Virus record (IMG/VR): IMGVR_UViG_3300026290_000001
Source: a virus
DNA length: 64,000 bases
Direction: 5' to 3' (one strand)
Below are positions 26,336-37,607 of the stretch, piece by piece. The notes under the pieces are model-generated. The model did no database searches and had not been told where the DNA came from. It saw nothing but the letters and a program-made list of their open reading frames with translations. Numbering within the stretch: the first letter of the stretch is position 1; every line of letters begins with the position of its first letter. The translations under genes were made by a program, and so were the position numbers.

Positions 26336-29189
26336 AAGAAATAGCATCTCCTTCAACTAAAACTCTTTTTGCTCCATACCAACTACTACCAACATAAACT
26401 TCATCACCTAATAAAACTTGATTAGCACTTATTTGTAAATGTGGATAAGTAGAACCACCTGCTGAAATAATAACATTATGACCAGAAGTAGTGTACATTA
26501 AAATTTCTTTATTACTACTATTTTTTCCACCTATTTGCAAAGAATTAAATGCAGTAAAATCTCCAGCAGTTATTTGATTAGCATATATTTTACCAGTAAT
26601 AACATAATCTTTTCCTAATTGTGTAGTTAAGGCAGTATTAGTAACATAGTTTGCTAAATCACCAGAATATACTAAATCTGTTGGTTTATCTATCACTTTG
26701 CCCCATGCTATATAAGCATTCGGACCCATTTGAATATTGTCACCAACAATTAACTCATTAACTTTTAGTTTATTTGCACCAACACTACCATTGGACAAAT
26801 AATTACCATTGATTTTATTTAAAGAATCCAATACATTAGTACCTGCAATTTTTAAACTCGAACAATCTATATTACCTTGAATATCTGCTGATGTTGCCAC
26901 TAAGTGACCTGAAAGGGAAACCCTGAAGGGTGCATAATTATAGTTACTACTACCTAAATATATTCCATTCGTGTCGGCTTTAAATATGGCATTACCCGAT
27001 CCTATCTGCATATGTCCTTTTAATATTAAATTACCATCAATGTCAGCATATAATTTTTTGTTCCATTGAGAACCTTCATATTTTTCAATAGTGAATCCAT
27101 CTGTTGCGTTAGATATGGAACGTACTTTATTGTCTGAACGGGTAATTGTTAGTCCATCTGTTATATCTATTTTTACACCATTATAGAGTTTATTTTCTAA
27201 GAGTACTCCTTCTGCTAATTCTGAAACTGGTAATCCACCATCCGTTATTTGTAGGGAAAGACCTGAAATTTTTACTCCCGTTTCATTGACGGTGAAGAAT
27301 TTTTTACCTTCGTTGTTTGATGCGTCTATTATGAGGTTTTGACCAATTAATAAAGTACCTAAAATTCTTTCTGCTACAATCCGATCTGGCAAAATCGCAG
27401 TATGAAATGTATTACCTCCATCTTGGGTAAGAGTAATTACACCATGCATCATACGAATAAATTTATCAGAATCGTTCGGATCTATAATACTGATGCCTCT
27501 TCTATCAGTAATTACCGTCTCATTACCACAAGCAATTACTGCTTGTTTAGTAGCATCCCATGCATTATTTATAATTTTCTGTACTTCATTATTAGCATTT
27601 TCACCCAATGACCATTTATATTTTTCCATATCAACAGTAGTAGATGTGCTCACTGCTTGATTTATTCTCTTTAAAAACAAATCATAATCACGATTAATAT
27701 TTTCAATATTACTAATTACAAGATTGACACTATTTTCTTCAAAATCAAAATCCATTTCAATAATTTTTGCCATAATGCTAATATCAAAAGTTTCATGGTC
27801 AATTCTAACCAAATCACCTAAAATCAATTTACCTTTATCTAATTGACAATCTTCATCTAAATATTGATCAATATTTATCGAATCTATCTCTATTAATATT
27901 TGTGGTGTATTTATTTTTACAAACTGTTCTTTACCCCAAGATAATAATTCTTTAGCATCAAAGATGTATTGATTTTCAACAGTTTTTACAACTATATAAT
28001 CAGTAAGTTCAAATAATTCAGATTGAGTAAAATTACTTTCCATACGCAATGTGTCACCAAGAGAAATTATATTAGATTGTACAGAATTTATTTGTGATTG
28101 TTTATTACTAATTTCAGTGTTTTTATTATTTATTTCATTTTGTTTGGCAGATTGTTGTGCTAATAAATCATAAGCACTTTGACCCTTAGATTGTGCCAAA
28201 TCTATATTGTCTTGAATTATTATTAATTCAGATTGTAGTGTAATTAATTGACTATTTAAAATTATTAGTTCTGCTTCATATGTTTCTAATTGAGATAAAT
28301 AACCTTGATATATACCATCATTATCTTGTAATTTTTTATTATAAGCCAATAAAGCATGACATAATTCATTGGACATATAATGACTACTTTGAATTACATT
28401 GCCTTGCTCATCTTCTGTATATGGATAAAGAAAATATCCAAAGTTATCTAAATAGTCAGTACCAGTTATATTGTATTCATTTATACTTAATCCCGATTTG
28501 CCATAAATTTTTAAACGAGTGCAAAAATCTGAATCATCCAAAGATTGATTTAGTGATTTCAAATAGATACCATAATTAAAATTTAAACCAGTGTAGTTTC
28601 CGATTTGGTCTAATTTATAAAAACTTATCTTTTTATTTTCAGTATCCCATTTAATAATTGCACTAAATGTTTCTGAAACTGTAAATATTGCATCTAGTAC
28701 CGTAGCAGAAGTAATTTCTAACATGCGAAATTTAGTGTCGAACTCTGAATTCACGTACCCCAAAGACCATGTAGTTTCCTTTAACAAATCGGTCATTATT
28801 TGTGATAATGTTTTGGATTCAACTTTATATCCTCTAATTAAATTATCTTTTAATTTAAAGGGGAGAGAAAAACATTCCACTTGAAACGAATCTATATCTT
28901 CACCCATATTTTGAATTGGTTTTTGTATAATAAACCATTCAATTTTATTATTATATTCAAATTTTATTAGGTATTTATAACGAATCATATTAAGATGTTT
29001 GTTATAAACTAATTCGTTCTCTATTTCAATATATAAAGGAAGATCAAACGATAATTCTGAAATATTACCAAGTTTACAGTTATATTGTATATTAAATGCC
29101 TGATTAGATAAATCTGCAATAATATTTCTATCAGGTTTTGTAAGATATAGTTTTGGTTTTTGTAGTAAGTCTATTATAAATATCACCAC
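26316..29189 (-). CDS. tail-associated lysin / baseplate hub (Tal-like) protein
   Basis: 957-aa protein downstream of tape measure and Dit-like gene; central coiled-coil. Confidence 0.4.
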   Translation of the reverse strand: MVIFIIDLLQKPKLYLTKPDRNIIADLSNQAFNIQYNCKLGNISELSFDLPLYIEIENELVYNKHLNMIRYKYLIKFEYNNKIEWFIIQKPIQNMGEDIDSFQVECFSLPFKLKDNLIRGYKVESKTLSQIMTDLLKETTWSLGYVNSEFDTKFRMLEITSATVLDAIFTVSETFSAIIKWDTENKKISFYKLDQIGNYTGLNFNYGIYLKSLNQSLDDSDFCTRLKIYGKSGLSINEYNITGTDYLDNFGYFLYPYTEDEQGNVIQSSHYMSNELCHALLAYNKKLQDNDGIYQGYLSQLETYEAELIILNSQLITLQSELIIIQDNIDLAQSKGQSAYDLLAQQSAKQNEINNKNTEISNKQSQINSVQSNIISLGDTLRMESNFTQSELFELTDYIVVKTVENQYIFDAKELLSWGKEQFVKINTPQILIEIDSINIDQYLDEDCQLDKGKLILGDLVRIDHETFDISIMAKIIEMDFDFEENSVNLVISNIENINRDYDLFLKRINQAVSTSTTVDMEKYKWSLGENANNEVQKIINNAWDATKQAVIACGNETVITDRRGISIIDPNDSDKFIRMMHGVITLTQDGGNTFHTAILPDRIVAERILGTLLIGQNLIIDASNNEGKKFFTVNETGVKISGLSLQITDGGLPVSELAEGVLLENKLYNGVKIDITDGLTITRSDNKVRSISNATDGFTIEKYEGSQWNKKLYADIDGNLILKGHMQIGSGNAIFKADTNGIYLGSSNYNYAPFRVSLSGHLVATSADIQGNIDCSSLKIAGTNVLDSLNKINGNYLSNGSVGANKLKVNELIVGDNIQMGPNAYIAWGKVIDKPTDLVYSGDLANYVTNTALTTQLGKDYVITGKIYANQITAGDFTAFNSLQIGGKNSSNKEILMYTTSGHNVIISAGGSTYPHLQISANQVLLGDEVYVGSSWYGAKRVLVEGDAISSTAVFG

Positions 29190-29208
29190 CTTTCTAAATA
29201 ATTAAATA

Positions 29209-29982
29209 CTAATAAAATCTGAATTCATATTTCATGTCCAAAAAACACTTGCCATCAACCTTTAGTCTATTTTTACCATAAGGCAAACTCATATAATAAT
29301 TATTTATAAGTTTGTCATATCTATAAATAGGTGGAGGTGTGCTTTCTAACGAACTTTCTATATTTCTTCTCTTACAATCGATTTGTACAATTTCATTATC
29401 TTCTAATTCTGAAAATCCAAATTCTTTACCGTTAGATAAATTTAAAATAGATACTTTACCTTTTTCTAGTTTTTTAATTGTTATTATAGGTAAAACATCC
29501 ACATCTCCTAAATTATTAAATACAAAATGATTAGTACTTTCTTTGCTAAAATCATAAGATTCTAAATAGATATGCGAATGTGCATAAGAACTCTTACATC
29601 TAAATTGACAAGTTATATAACCTTGATTTATACCATTATGAGATATTTGTGGATCAGAAATTAAAATACAATAATAAATTTTATCAGGATTTTCCGAAAA
29701 ACGCATTTTAGCATAATATGGTTTTCTTAACCATCGTTTAACCCTTTGTAAAGATTCTTCCGTCCATCCCTTTTTAAAAGCAAAAACTAAATCCAGTATT
29801 AAAGGTTTTGGTTTAACTTCTTGAAAATAAGGTTCATTTCTACCACGTATTTCAGTTTCAATTATTTCTACTTCTGCTACAAAAGGTTCTTCTGTCATTC
29901 CAGAAGAAAGATTACAATTTATAATATCGTAATCATATGAATATTCATTATCAAATTCAAAATACGCAGAATCTTTTATCAT
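29209..29982 (-). CDS. distal tail protein (Dit-like)
   Basis: Position immediately downstream of the tape measure gene. Confidence 0.35.
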   Translation of the reverse strand: MIKDSAYFEFDNEYSYDYDIINCNLSSGMTEEPFVAEVEIIETEIRGRNEPYFQEVKPKPLILDLVFAFKKGWTEESLQRVKRWLRKPYYAKMRFSENPDKIYYCILISDPQISHNGINQGYITCQFRCKSSYAHSHIYLESYDFSKESTNHFVFNNLGDVDVLPIITIKKLEKGKVSILNLSNGKEFGFSELEDNEIVQIDCKRRNIESSLESTPPPIYRYDKLINNYYMSLPYGKNRLKVDGKCFLDMKYEFRFY

Positions 29983-30030
29983 TGCTGTTCACCACCTTAA
30001 AACAAAACAGAAGGGGAGTAGATACCCCTT

Positions 30031-33000
30031 CTATTTACCAAGTTTACTCATTCCATTATTTATCCGTTTAAAGAAACCATCAACACCTTTTTCTGTGTTT
30101 TCTACTTTATCTATATGAACATTCATATTATAAGTTACGTTACCTCCACCAGCAAACTGTAATTGTGGAGTTGCATTGGCAATTAATTTTTGCATATTAG
30201 GAATTAGATATCTTTCAATATTTTTTGGTGGAATTAAAATTTCATTTGTTAGTGCTTTGATTATATGTTCATTGGCACTGGTATTGAAAAATTTATTAAA
30301 TTTATCAACAAAACCAAATGATTTATCTCCGACTATACCACCTTCATGATATATCCTAATTTGTCTTTTCTTTTCATCCCATTCTACTTGATGACCTAAT
30401 GCTTCTGCAACTTCCCTGATAGAAAGATATGTTGTTCCGTCAACATTTTTAGCTGGTTTAAATCTCTTTCCACCAATTATAATTGTCTGGTTTTGTCCAT
30501 AACCTTCCCAATCAGCAGATGCTCCTAAAAGTGATGCAAGAAGTCTAGATTGCATAATTGCTCTATTATTGACAAGTTCAAAAGAACCAGAATCCAATAC
30601 TGCCATAGGTTGTCTACCAGATGTGTTAGAACTAGGATTAGTACTTTCCAAAGAGGGAATAGACATATTCGCACTATTTGCACTTTCTAATAATGCTAAT
30701 GCCTGTTCCATTTTTGTAATTAAATTAGCACTAATACTATTACCAATAAACTCTAAATTGCCATTTACAAAAGTTTTAAATTCTGCAAAAGCTGATTTAA
30801 CTTTATCAATATTACCATTTATAATATCAGAACGAATTTGGGCAAACTTTTGTTCGTCATTAATTAAATCGTCATAGTGTTTTTCGGTTTCTCTTTTAAT
30901 TCTATCCAACCTATCTTTTTCTAAGTTAAGTTTAGTATCTTCTGCTTTTTTCTTTGCATCAATATCTTTTTTATAAGCATCTAATTGGTCTTTAAGATTT
31001 TCTTTACGTAAATCAATTGAATGGTCATGTTGATATTCATTAATTTCATCCTCTTGTTCTGCCAATTGTTTTATTAATTCTGCTTTTTTTGCTTTTGCTT
31101 CAAAAGAATCATCTAATGATAAAACGTCAATATTTTTTTGAGTTTCTAATATTGCTTTTTGTTTCTTTTCCAATTCACGATTATAATCATGCTCATTTTC
31201 TTCTCTATCTAGTGCTTTGATTCGTGCATTGATGTAATCTTCAAATTGTTTTAATTCATCATCAAGATTATCAGTTGCTTGTTTATGACGTTTTTCTTCT
31301 GCTTTCATTTGTTCATCTATGGCATCTAATGCAACTTGTTTTTGTTTTTCATAGATATTTTTATAGATAGAGATGATTTCGTCTGCTATGGATGCTAGTT
31401 GTTGTTTGATAGAGAATTGGAGATTGATATATTCTTGCTTTAGTTGTTTTAAAGTATTTATCAATTCTTGTTTTTGGTCAGCATTGTATCTATCACTTGC
31501 TAATTCCTGTTGAACTAATGCTATTTTATTTCTTAAAATATTAACACTTTCAATATTAATTTGATTTTCTCGTTCTAATAATGCAATATATTCAGCAGAC
31601 CCTTTTTCTAATAAAGACATTTCATTTCTAAGGTTTTCTTTTTCTTGAGTTAAATCAGATAGTTTAATATCTTCAATTGATAAATTAATTTTAAATTCAG
31701 CAAAACTCAAATCTCTTATTTCATCATCTATACCTTGAATTTCTTTTTTAAGACCTTCTGCACTATCTTTGAGTTTTTTAAAATCTTCAATCGCTTTTGC
31801 AATTTTTTCATTCTTTATATCAACTTCAATTGTATCTGTTGAACCAGACATTATTTTGTTAAAGTCAGATTCAGACAACCCTTTTCCAATATAAGACCGT
31901 AGATTCTGTTCTGCTTGTTTTAGACTTGAATCAAAAGTGTTATTTATATCTAAAAGCAGGTTTTGTTTTTTTTGTAATAAAAGTATCATTTGGTCATATA
32001 TTTCTGTTTTTTGTTCAAAAGAAGTTACATCGTCAAGTTGATCTTTAAAAGTTTCTATTTCTCTGTTAATTGCTTCGAGTGCTTCTTTCCAAACTTCAAA
32101 GGTTTTGGTAAAGGATTTGGAGGATTTAGAGGAAGAACCATATCTATCTAAAGAACTAGATACATTAAGATTTTTAAACTTAGATGCCATATCTCTAGTG
32201 GCTTTTTGAAATTCAGCATAATCTTTAAGCATCTGGTTTGTTTTAGAATCAACAGCTAAAGCACTACCGCTTTCAATACGTCTAAAATCACCCATACTCG
32301 AAGGATTTACTAATAGCGTACCTGCATTAAAAGCATCAAAATATTTCGCCCATTCAGAACCTAATTTGCTTATTAATTGCAATTCAATTGCTTCTCTTGC
32401 TTGAGCTAAATTTGCCCATTGAGTTACATTATTGCCATATAATTTTGATAAATGATTAAATAATTCAGCATGGTTATTTTTAACACTGTTATAGAAATTA
32501 ATATCTTGTTCTTTAGTTTTTATAAAGGCATCATAAATTGCATTTTGGTAATCTTCTGTGTCTTTGACAAGTTGTTGTCTTAATTTGGACTCATCTTCAA
32601 GTAGAGGAATATAATCTTGATAATCAGATATTATTTTTTCTATTGAAGATTGAGTAAGACCTTTGTCAGATAATTCATCAAGAAAACCTTTTAGGTCTTT
32701 TATTTTAGATACATTGTCTTTGTAAGTGGTTTGAAAATCGGAGAGAGCTTTTTCATATTGATTTAAAGTATTAATCGCATTTTTTGAATCAATAGTAGAA
32801 GGATATAGTGATGCAAAATTAATAGCAAATTCTTTTAAATCGGGATTACCTTTAGTTAATGTATTAATTAAATTAGTTATTTCCTTAGATGTTTTTGATA
32901 ATCCATCTCTATTTTTCTTAGAATCATCGCCACTATTAATAGCAGAAGTTAATTTATTATATTGTTCAATTAAAGAATCTAAATCAGAATTAGCAACTTT

Positions 33001-36000
33001 AGTAGCAAAATCACTTAATGCTTGTTGTTGAGTTTCTATATCTTCGGGTTGTAAAGCAAGTGATTTAGCAAATTCGGAAACAACTAATTTGGCAGAATCA
33101 GACATTTCCTTACCATTAGATTCTAAAGTTTTAATGGTTTCTTGCGCTTCGTATTCTAAATATTTTTGTTTGTTTTTAGAAAGATTATATATTTCTTCTT
33201 GTTGTCTTTGATATATATCTTTCCAATCTTCTAATTTTCTGAGGTTATACCATTCAGTTCCTTTATTATTATCAATCATTAATTGATATTCTTCTATACG
33301 TTTTTCTGCGGTGTCTCTGAGGTTAATTGCTTTTTTAATTTCTTTATTAGTTTGTTTATCTGATGCTTTAACTTTAAATTCTAATAATTCCTGTTCTTTT
33401 TTTAATTCTTCATCTAAAGCCAAAATTCTTAGTTTAATTACTTCTATAGAATCAGAATAAGCTTCTCCTTCAAGATTAATACCAGTAGCAGATACACCAT
33501 ATTTATCAACAAGTTCTTTTTGAATTTCTAATAATCGTTTCTTTTCTTCGGTAGTTGCGGTAAGATTTTTCTCTTTATCTTTAAGAGTTTCATATTCAGA
33601 AGTTAATTCTTTTAACCCCTCTTTTTGTTGTTTTAAATTTTGTATTTGATTTTGACTTGTTTCTATTTGTTTTTGTTGTTCTTCTCTATGTTTTTTAGTA
33701 GCATTAGTGAGTCCATAAATAGCAACCATTGCAGTTGTTGCAACAACTGCCAATAATCCTAATGGATTTGTTGCCATCGTTGCTTTTAAAAAATTCATTG
33801 CAGCAGTAAGTCCTTGTGTTGTTGTCAATAATGCTAAAAGGGAAATATTGGCAGCATTAGTAGTAGTAATGAATGCGATCATTGCTTTTATACTAGAAGT
33901 AATAGCAGTTCCTTTCCAAATTAAAAAAGCCGTAGTTAAAAGTGCTACAACAACTTCTGCATTTCCAAGAACTTCAACTAAAGTTGTCATAGCAATTACA
34001 AAACCTTTAATTACGTCAGAATTTAATGCTTCTTGCCATTTCCCCATTACTGTGTTTTTGAATTGTGCAGATTTTGCCTCAATTGATTCCATATACTTTT
34101 CGTTTTCAATTAAAGCAGAATTTGTCGAATTTAAGGCAGTAGTTAGAGAGTCCTGCATATCCTTGTAATTAGTCATCATAGCCATTACTATGTTTCCTTG
34201 TCTTTTTCCTGCGACAAGTTCCGACATATTAGCCCTCTGTACGTCTGTAAGTTTTTCCCAAACTAAGGCTAATTCTAACATAATGTCATAGGTGGATTTA
34301 AAGGTATTTTCATCTTTGCGAATTTGAATACCAATATTTTTAAATGATTCTTCAAGTTTAGGAAGATATTCTAAAACATCTTCACCATCTTCGGATACAC
34401 CTCTAAGTCTCATTGAAATTGTTTTGAGGGCTGTTCCTACGGTTGCTGGGTCTTGTACCACTGCGTTAGCAGCAGTTATCAATGCAACTGCTTCTTCCAT
34501 TGTATTGCCAGCAGAATATAATGAAGCAGCAGATCTACGCATAGCTTCACCAATACCTGCACTTGAAATTGCAAAATTATTTCCAACTTCATTATAAATA
34601 TCTACAATTTTCTGTATATTTCTACCTTCTTCATCTACTGCAACACCAAAACCTTTTACTGCTGAAATAATTGCTAGACTAGCTTCTTCTACTCCAATAT
34701 CACCTACATTAGAATATAATAATGCTTGTTTTGCTAATTGAGCAGATTGTTCAAGGGAATAACCCAAACGGGCAAACTCTGTCGTACTATTAATAACTTC
34801 CACACTAGTTTTTGCCAAATTTCGACCTATAGCATTTGCCTCAAGTGAAAATTTATTTAATGTTTCTCTAGTTTCGTCAGTAACTTTATTCAAATTTGTG
34901 AGAGCAGTATCTATGTCGATGATACTTTGAATACCATTTTTTACTGCTGTTATTGTTTTGATTATTACATCACCGATGAGCAACCAACTAGCGAATTTCT
35001 TGCCCGCTTCAAGTAAACTTTGTCCAAAAAGTCCAGTATATTTATTAGCATCTTGAATTTCTTTCTTATAAATACTTGTGGTAGTAGAAATTTCTCTAAG
35101 TTTAGAATTGGCTTCTGCCATATTCTTACTGAAATTTTTATTAGTTGGATCAAAACCACGTATTTGAGATTCAAGAGTATTTAAAGCACTTAAATTATCA
35201 CCAACAATAAACTTTCCATCTACACCTCTCATGCCCCTGATTCTATTTAATAAATCTTGTTGAGCAAGAGATTGTTTATGTATTTCACTTGTTAACTTTT
35301 GCTGTTGAATAATATCTTTATCAATATTTTTTGCTTTTATTGTACCAACATTCCGTAATGTTTGTTCTCTAATTTTTTCAAGTTGAATTAATTTTTCAGC
35401 TTCTATTCCTTCTATTTTGGTTTTTTCACCAATGTCAATTTTTCTTCTAATAATATTATTATATTGACCTTGATGATAGGTTATTTGTTTAGTTAATTCT
35501 TTTGCCTGTTCTGTATCTTTATTTCCTAAACTATGATAATCTTGTCTTAATTTATTTAATTGTGTTAAATGCTGTTTGGCTTCATTAAAATTTTTATTTT
35601 GTGTATTTTTAATAGTTTCTAAATTAGTTTTTTCAAGATTATCATAATAATCTGCCATTTTAACCAGTTCATCTGGTTTCTTTGTCATATCACCTACAGT
35701 TTCTTTAACTCTCTGTGACCAATATTTGGACTGTTCTTTATTTAATTTTTCTAACTCTGTACGTTGTTTTTTATAATTAATAGTAGTTTCTGTTACTTTT
35801 TTATATACTTCGTCTGTTCCTGCTTTTAAATGTTCAATTTGTTTTACACTCTCACCATTTGCTTTTGTCCACTCTTTAGTTCTTTCAGTAATTTTTGCTT
35901 CAGCATTTTCAATTTGTACATATTTTTCTTTATACTTGTCTAAACCCTTACTATCAACATCAATTTTTATTTTAGGATTAACTCGTTGTTCAATATCTTT

Positions 36001-36075
36001 TTTTACTTTATTTAGTTCTGATTCTGATGCTCTATCTAATAACGTTTTTATTCGGATTACAATATCATCTGCCAC
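30031..36075 (-). CDS. tail tape measure protein
   Basis: 2014 aa, extensive coiled-coil, central hydrophobic block, position between tail genes and baseplate; C-terminus carries a copper-amine-oxidase-N-terminal-like segment (YLSIREVAEALGHQVEWDEKKRQIRI). Confidence 0.8.
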   Translation of the reverse strand: MADDIVIRIKTLLDRASESELNKVKKDIEQRVNPKIKIDVDSKGLDKYKEKYVQIENAEAKITERTKEWTKANGESVKQIEHLKAGTDEVYKKVTETTINYKKQRTELEKLNKEQSKYWSQRVKETVGDMTKKPDELVKMADYYDNLEKTNLETIKNTQNKNFNEAKQHLTQLNKLRQDYHSLGNKDTEQAKELTKQITYHQGQYNNIIRRKIDIGEKTKIEGIEAEKLIQLEKIREQTLRNVGTIKAKNIDKDIIQQQKLTSEIHKQSLAQQDLLNRIRGMRGVDGKFIVGDNLSALNTLESQIRGFDPTNKNFSKNMAEANSKLREISTTTSIYKKEIQDANKYTGLFGQSLLEAGKKFASWLLIGDVIIKTITAVKNGIQSIIDIDTALTNLNKVTDETRETLNKFSLEANAIGRNLAKTSVEVINSTTEFARLGYSLEQSAQLAKQALLYSNVGDIGVEEASLAIISAVKGFGVAVDEEGRNIQKIVDIYNEVGNNFAISSAGIGEAMRRSAASLYSAGNTMEEAVALITAANAVVQDPATVGTALKTISMRLRGVSEDGEDVLEYLPKLEESFKNIGIQIRKDENTFKSTYDIMLELALVWEKLTDVQRANMSELVAGKRQGNIVMAMMTNYKDMQDSLTTALNSTNSALIENEKYMESIEAKSAQFKNTVMGKWQEALNSDVIKGFVIAMTTLVEVLGNAEVVVALLTTAFLIWKGTAITSSIKAMIAFITTTNAANISLLALLTTTQGLTAAMNFLKATMATNPLGLLAVVATTAMVAIYGLTNATKKHREEQQKQIETSQNQIQNLKQQKEGLKELTSEYETLKDKEKNLTATTEEKKRLLEIQKELVDKYGVSATGINLEGEAYSDSIEVIKLRILALDEELKKEQELLEFKVKASDKQTNKEIKKAINLRDTAEKRIEEYQLMIDNNKGTEWYNLRKLEDWKDIYQRQQEEIYNLSKNKQKYLEYEAQETIKTLESNGKEMSDSAKLVVSEFAKSLALQPEDIETQQQALSDFATKVANSDLDSLIEQYNKLTSAINSGDDSKKNRDGLSKTSKEITNLINTLTKGNPDLKEFAINFASLYPSTIDSKNAINTLNQYEKALSDFQTTYKDNVSKIKDLKGFLDELSDKGLTQSSIEKIISDYQDYIPLLEDESKLRQQLVKDTEDYQNAIYDAFIKTKEQDINFYNSVKNNHAELFNHLSKLYGNNVTQWANLAQAREAIELQLISKLGSEWAKYFDAFNAGTLLVNPSSMGDFRRIESGSALAVDSKTNQMLKDYAEFQKATRDMASKFKNLNVSSSLDRYGSSSKSSKSFTKTFEVWKEALEAINREIETFKDQLDDVTSFEQKTEIYDQMILLLQKKQNLLLDINNTFDSSLKQAEQNLRSYIGKGLSESDFNKIMSGSTDTIEVDIKNEKIAKAIEDFKKLKDSAEGLKKEIQGIDDEIRDLSFAEFKINLSIEDIKLSDLTQEKENLRNEMSLLEKGSAEYIALLERENQINIESVNILRNKIALVQQELASDRYNADQKQELINTLKQLKQEYINLQFSIKQQLASIADEIISIYKNIYEKQKQVALDAIDEQMKAEEKRHKQATDNLDDELKQFEDYINARIKALDREENEHDYNRELEKKQKAILETQKNIDVLSLDDSFEAKAKKAELIKQLAEQEDEINEYQHDHSIDLRKENLKDQLDAYKKDIDAKKKAEDTKLNLEKDRLDRIKRETEKHYDDLINDEQKFAQIRSDIINGNIDKVKSAFAEFKTFVNGNLEFIGNSISANLITKMEQALALLESANSANMSIPSLESTNPSSNTSGRQPMAVLDSGSFELVNNRAIMQSRLLASLLGASADWEGYGQNQTIIIGGKRFKPAKNVDGTTYLSIREVAEALGHQVEWDEKKRQIRIYHEGGIVGDKSFGFVDKFNKFFNTSANEHIIKALTNEILIPPKNIERYLIPNMQKLIANATPQLQFAGGGNVTYNMNVHIDKVENTEKGVDGFFKRINNGMSKLGK

Positions 36076-36189
36076 ATATATCCACTCCTTTCTTTACAAA
36101 TTTAAAAATAGGCAACAAAAAAGAAGTGGATATAATAATCTCACTTCTAAAAATTCAAACTATTAAAATTATTAAATTTTAAATTATAT

Positions 36190-36435
36190 CTAAGTAATCA
36201 TTCCATGAAACAATCCACCAACCTTAACTTTTCTACCATCTTTCAATTTAATATACACAATCTTACAGCACATTCTATATCGCAACATACTCTGAGCATA
36301 TGATCTAGGTGGAGGTGGAGCTAGATATGATTCTTTCCAATGCTTGTATTCATATTCAATAATTTCATCTTTGTATTTTTCAACTAATTGATTTAATGCT
36401 TGTTTATTAGTTTTGTCTGTAGGCATAATAATCAC
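36190..36435 (-). CDS. hypothetical protein
   Basis: RBS AAGGAAGTGATTAT identical to that of the upstream recombinase gene. Confidence 0.3.
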   Translation of the reverse strand: MIIMPTDKTNKQALNQLVEKYKDEIIEYEYKHWKESYLAPPPPRSYAQSMLRYRMCCKIVYIKLKDGRKVKVGGLFHGMIT

Positions 36436-36507
36436 TTCCTTTTGATTGTATGATTATATTATATGCGAAAAGGGGAGTGAAAATTAAGATAAAATGAAGT
36501 TTCTATC

Positions 36508-37545
36508 TTACAAATCACTTAAAGATTTATTTTCTACTTGTTTAATCCCATCTTCATCAAAATACTTACCTAATTCCTCATCTATCTCAGTGTCATTATA
36601 TAATGACACCATATTCGTACTCTCCCAGCCAACTACATCTTTAATTACATCTGCTGGAATATTTGCTTGGCAAAGTGCGGTTGTAAAATAATGTCTATTT
36701 GAATGCCAATACCAATCTATACCTAAAATATTAGAAAAAGTTATTGCCCAAGAATTTAATAAAGATATAGTGCCTGGTTTCCATACACTATTTCTTTTAT
36801 TCCAAAATAACTCTTCCCCTTCAATGCCTAATTCTTCACGTTGCTTCATCCATAAATCAAAATAAGGTTTAAATTTAGAAACCAAGATATACCTATAAAT
36901 CATTTTACCCTTAGAACTTCTACCCTTTGTTTTTATCTTTTCAGGAGTTTTATATAAAGCACCGTATTTAATATTTTCTTCTGTAAAATGACTTACTTTA
37001 AACCTTAATAATTCTGCCTTTCTTGATCCACTACTTACTGCCAATGCAACTGCACATGCTTGTTGATATTTGCCTTTTTCAACTAAATAATTAAGCAATT
37101 CGTCAACTTGTTCATCTGCAAGGACAGTTTTATCCCTAACATTTACTTTTACTGGTGCAGGGATTTTATTAACTATATTGCGAAAATTAGGGTGAATGTC
37201 ATCTAGCATTGCCTCTATATAATTAGACATACTACTAATTGCTGACTTCAATCTTCTTACTCTATTAGGACTAAGATTTTGTGTATTCACAAGCCAATTC
37301 TGATATTTTAAAATATCACGTTTAGTAAAATCTATAAAAAATTTATTATCATTATATTGTAAATTCCATACCCAACAAATTTCAATATCATTTTCATAAC
37401 CTTTTATAGTGGCATGAGACATATCTTTCCCTCTGCAATAATCTAAAAATTCATTAAGTAAATCTTTATTTTCTTTTGAAACTCGTTTCCACAATTCAGG
37501 AGTTACAATTGTATGTTGTTCGGTTTTCCTTGCGATTATAATCAC
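36508..37545 (-). CDS. tyrosine recombinase / phage integrase family protein
   Basis: SGSRKAELLRFK (box I Arg), WHSNRHYFTT (H-x-x-R), GWESTNMVSLYND (Tyr). Confidence 0.7.
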   Translation of the reverse strand: MIIIARKTEQHTIVTPELWKRVSKENKDLLNEFLDYCRGKDMSHATIKGYENDIEICWVWNLQYNDNKFFIDFTKRDILKYQNWLVNTQNLSPNRVRRLKSAISSMSNYIEAMLDDIHPNFRNIVNKIPAPVKVNVRDKTVLADEQVDELLNYLVEKGKYQQACAVALAVSSGSRKAELLRFKVSHFTEENIKYGALYKTPEKIKTKGRSSKGKMIYRYILVSKFKPYFDLWMKQREELGIEGEELFWNKRNSVWKPGTISLLNSWAITFSNILGIDWYWHSNRHYFTTALCQANIPADVIKDVVGWESTNMVSLYNDTEIDEELGKYFDEDGIKQVENKSLSDL

Positions 37546-37607
37546 TTCCTTATGTTCTATATAATAAAATAGGGCAAGGGATAGATAAAAACATCTACCA
37601 CTTACCC

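Noticed and set aside
30569-34168. Short + strand ORFs inside the tape measure gene (30569..30877, 33848..34168)
   Set aside because: Nested antisense within a long, clearly coding - strand gene; no independent support.
36508-37545. Interpreting the tail-module recombinase as part of a fibre-inversion (shufflon-like) switch
   Set aside because: No inverted repeats or alternative fibre C-terminal segments could be identified nearby by eye; left as an open question rather than a call.
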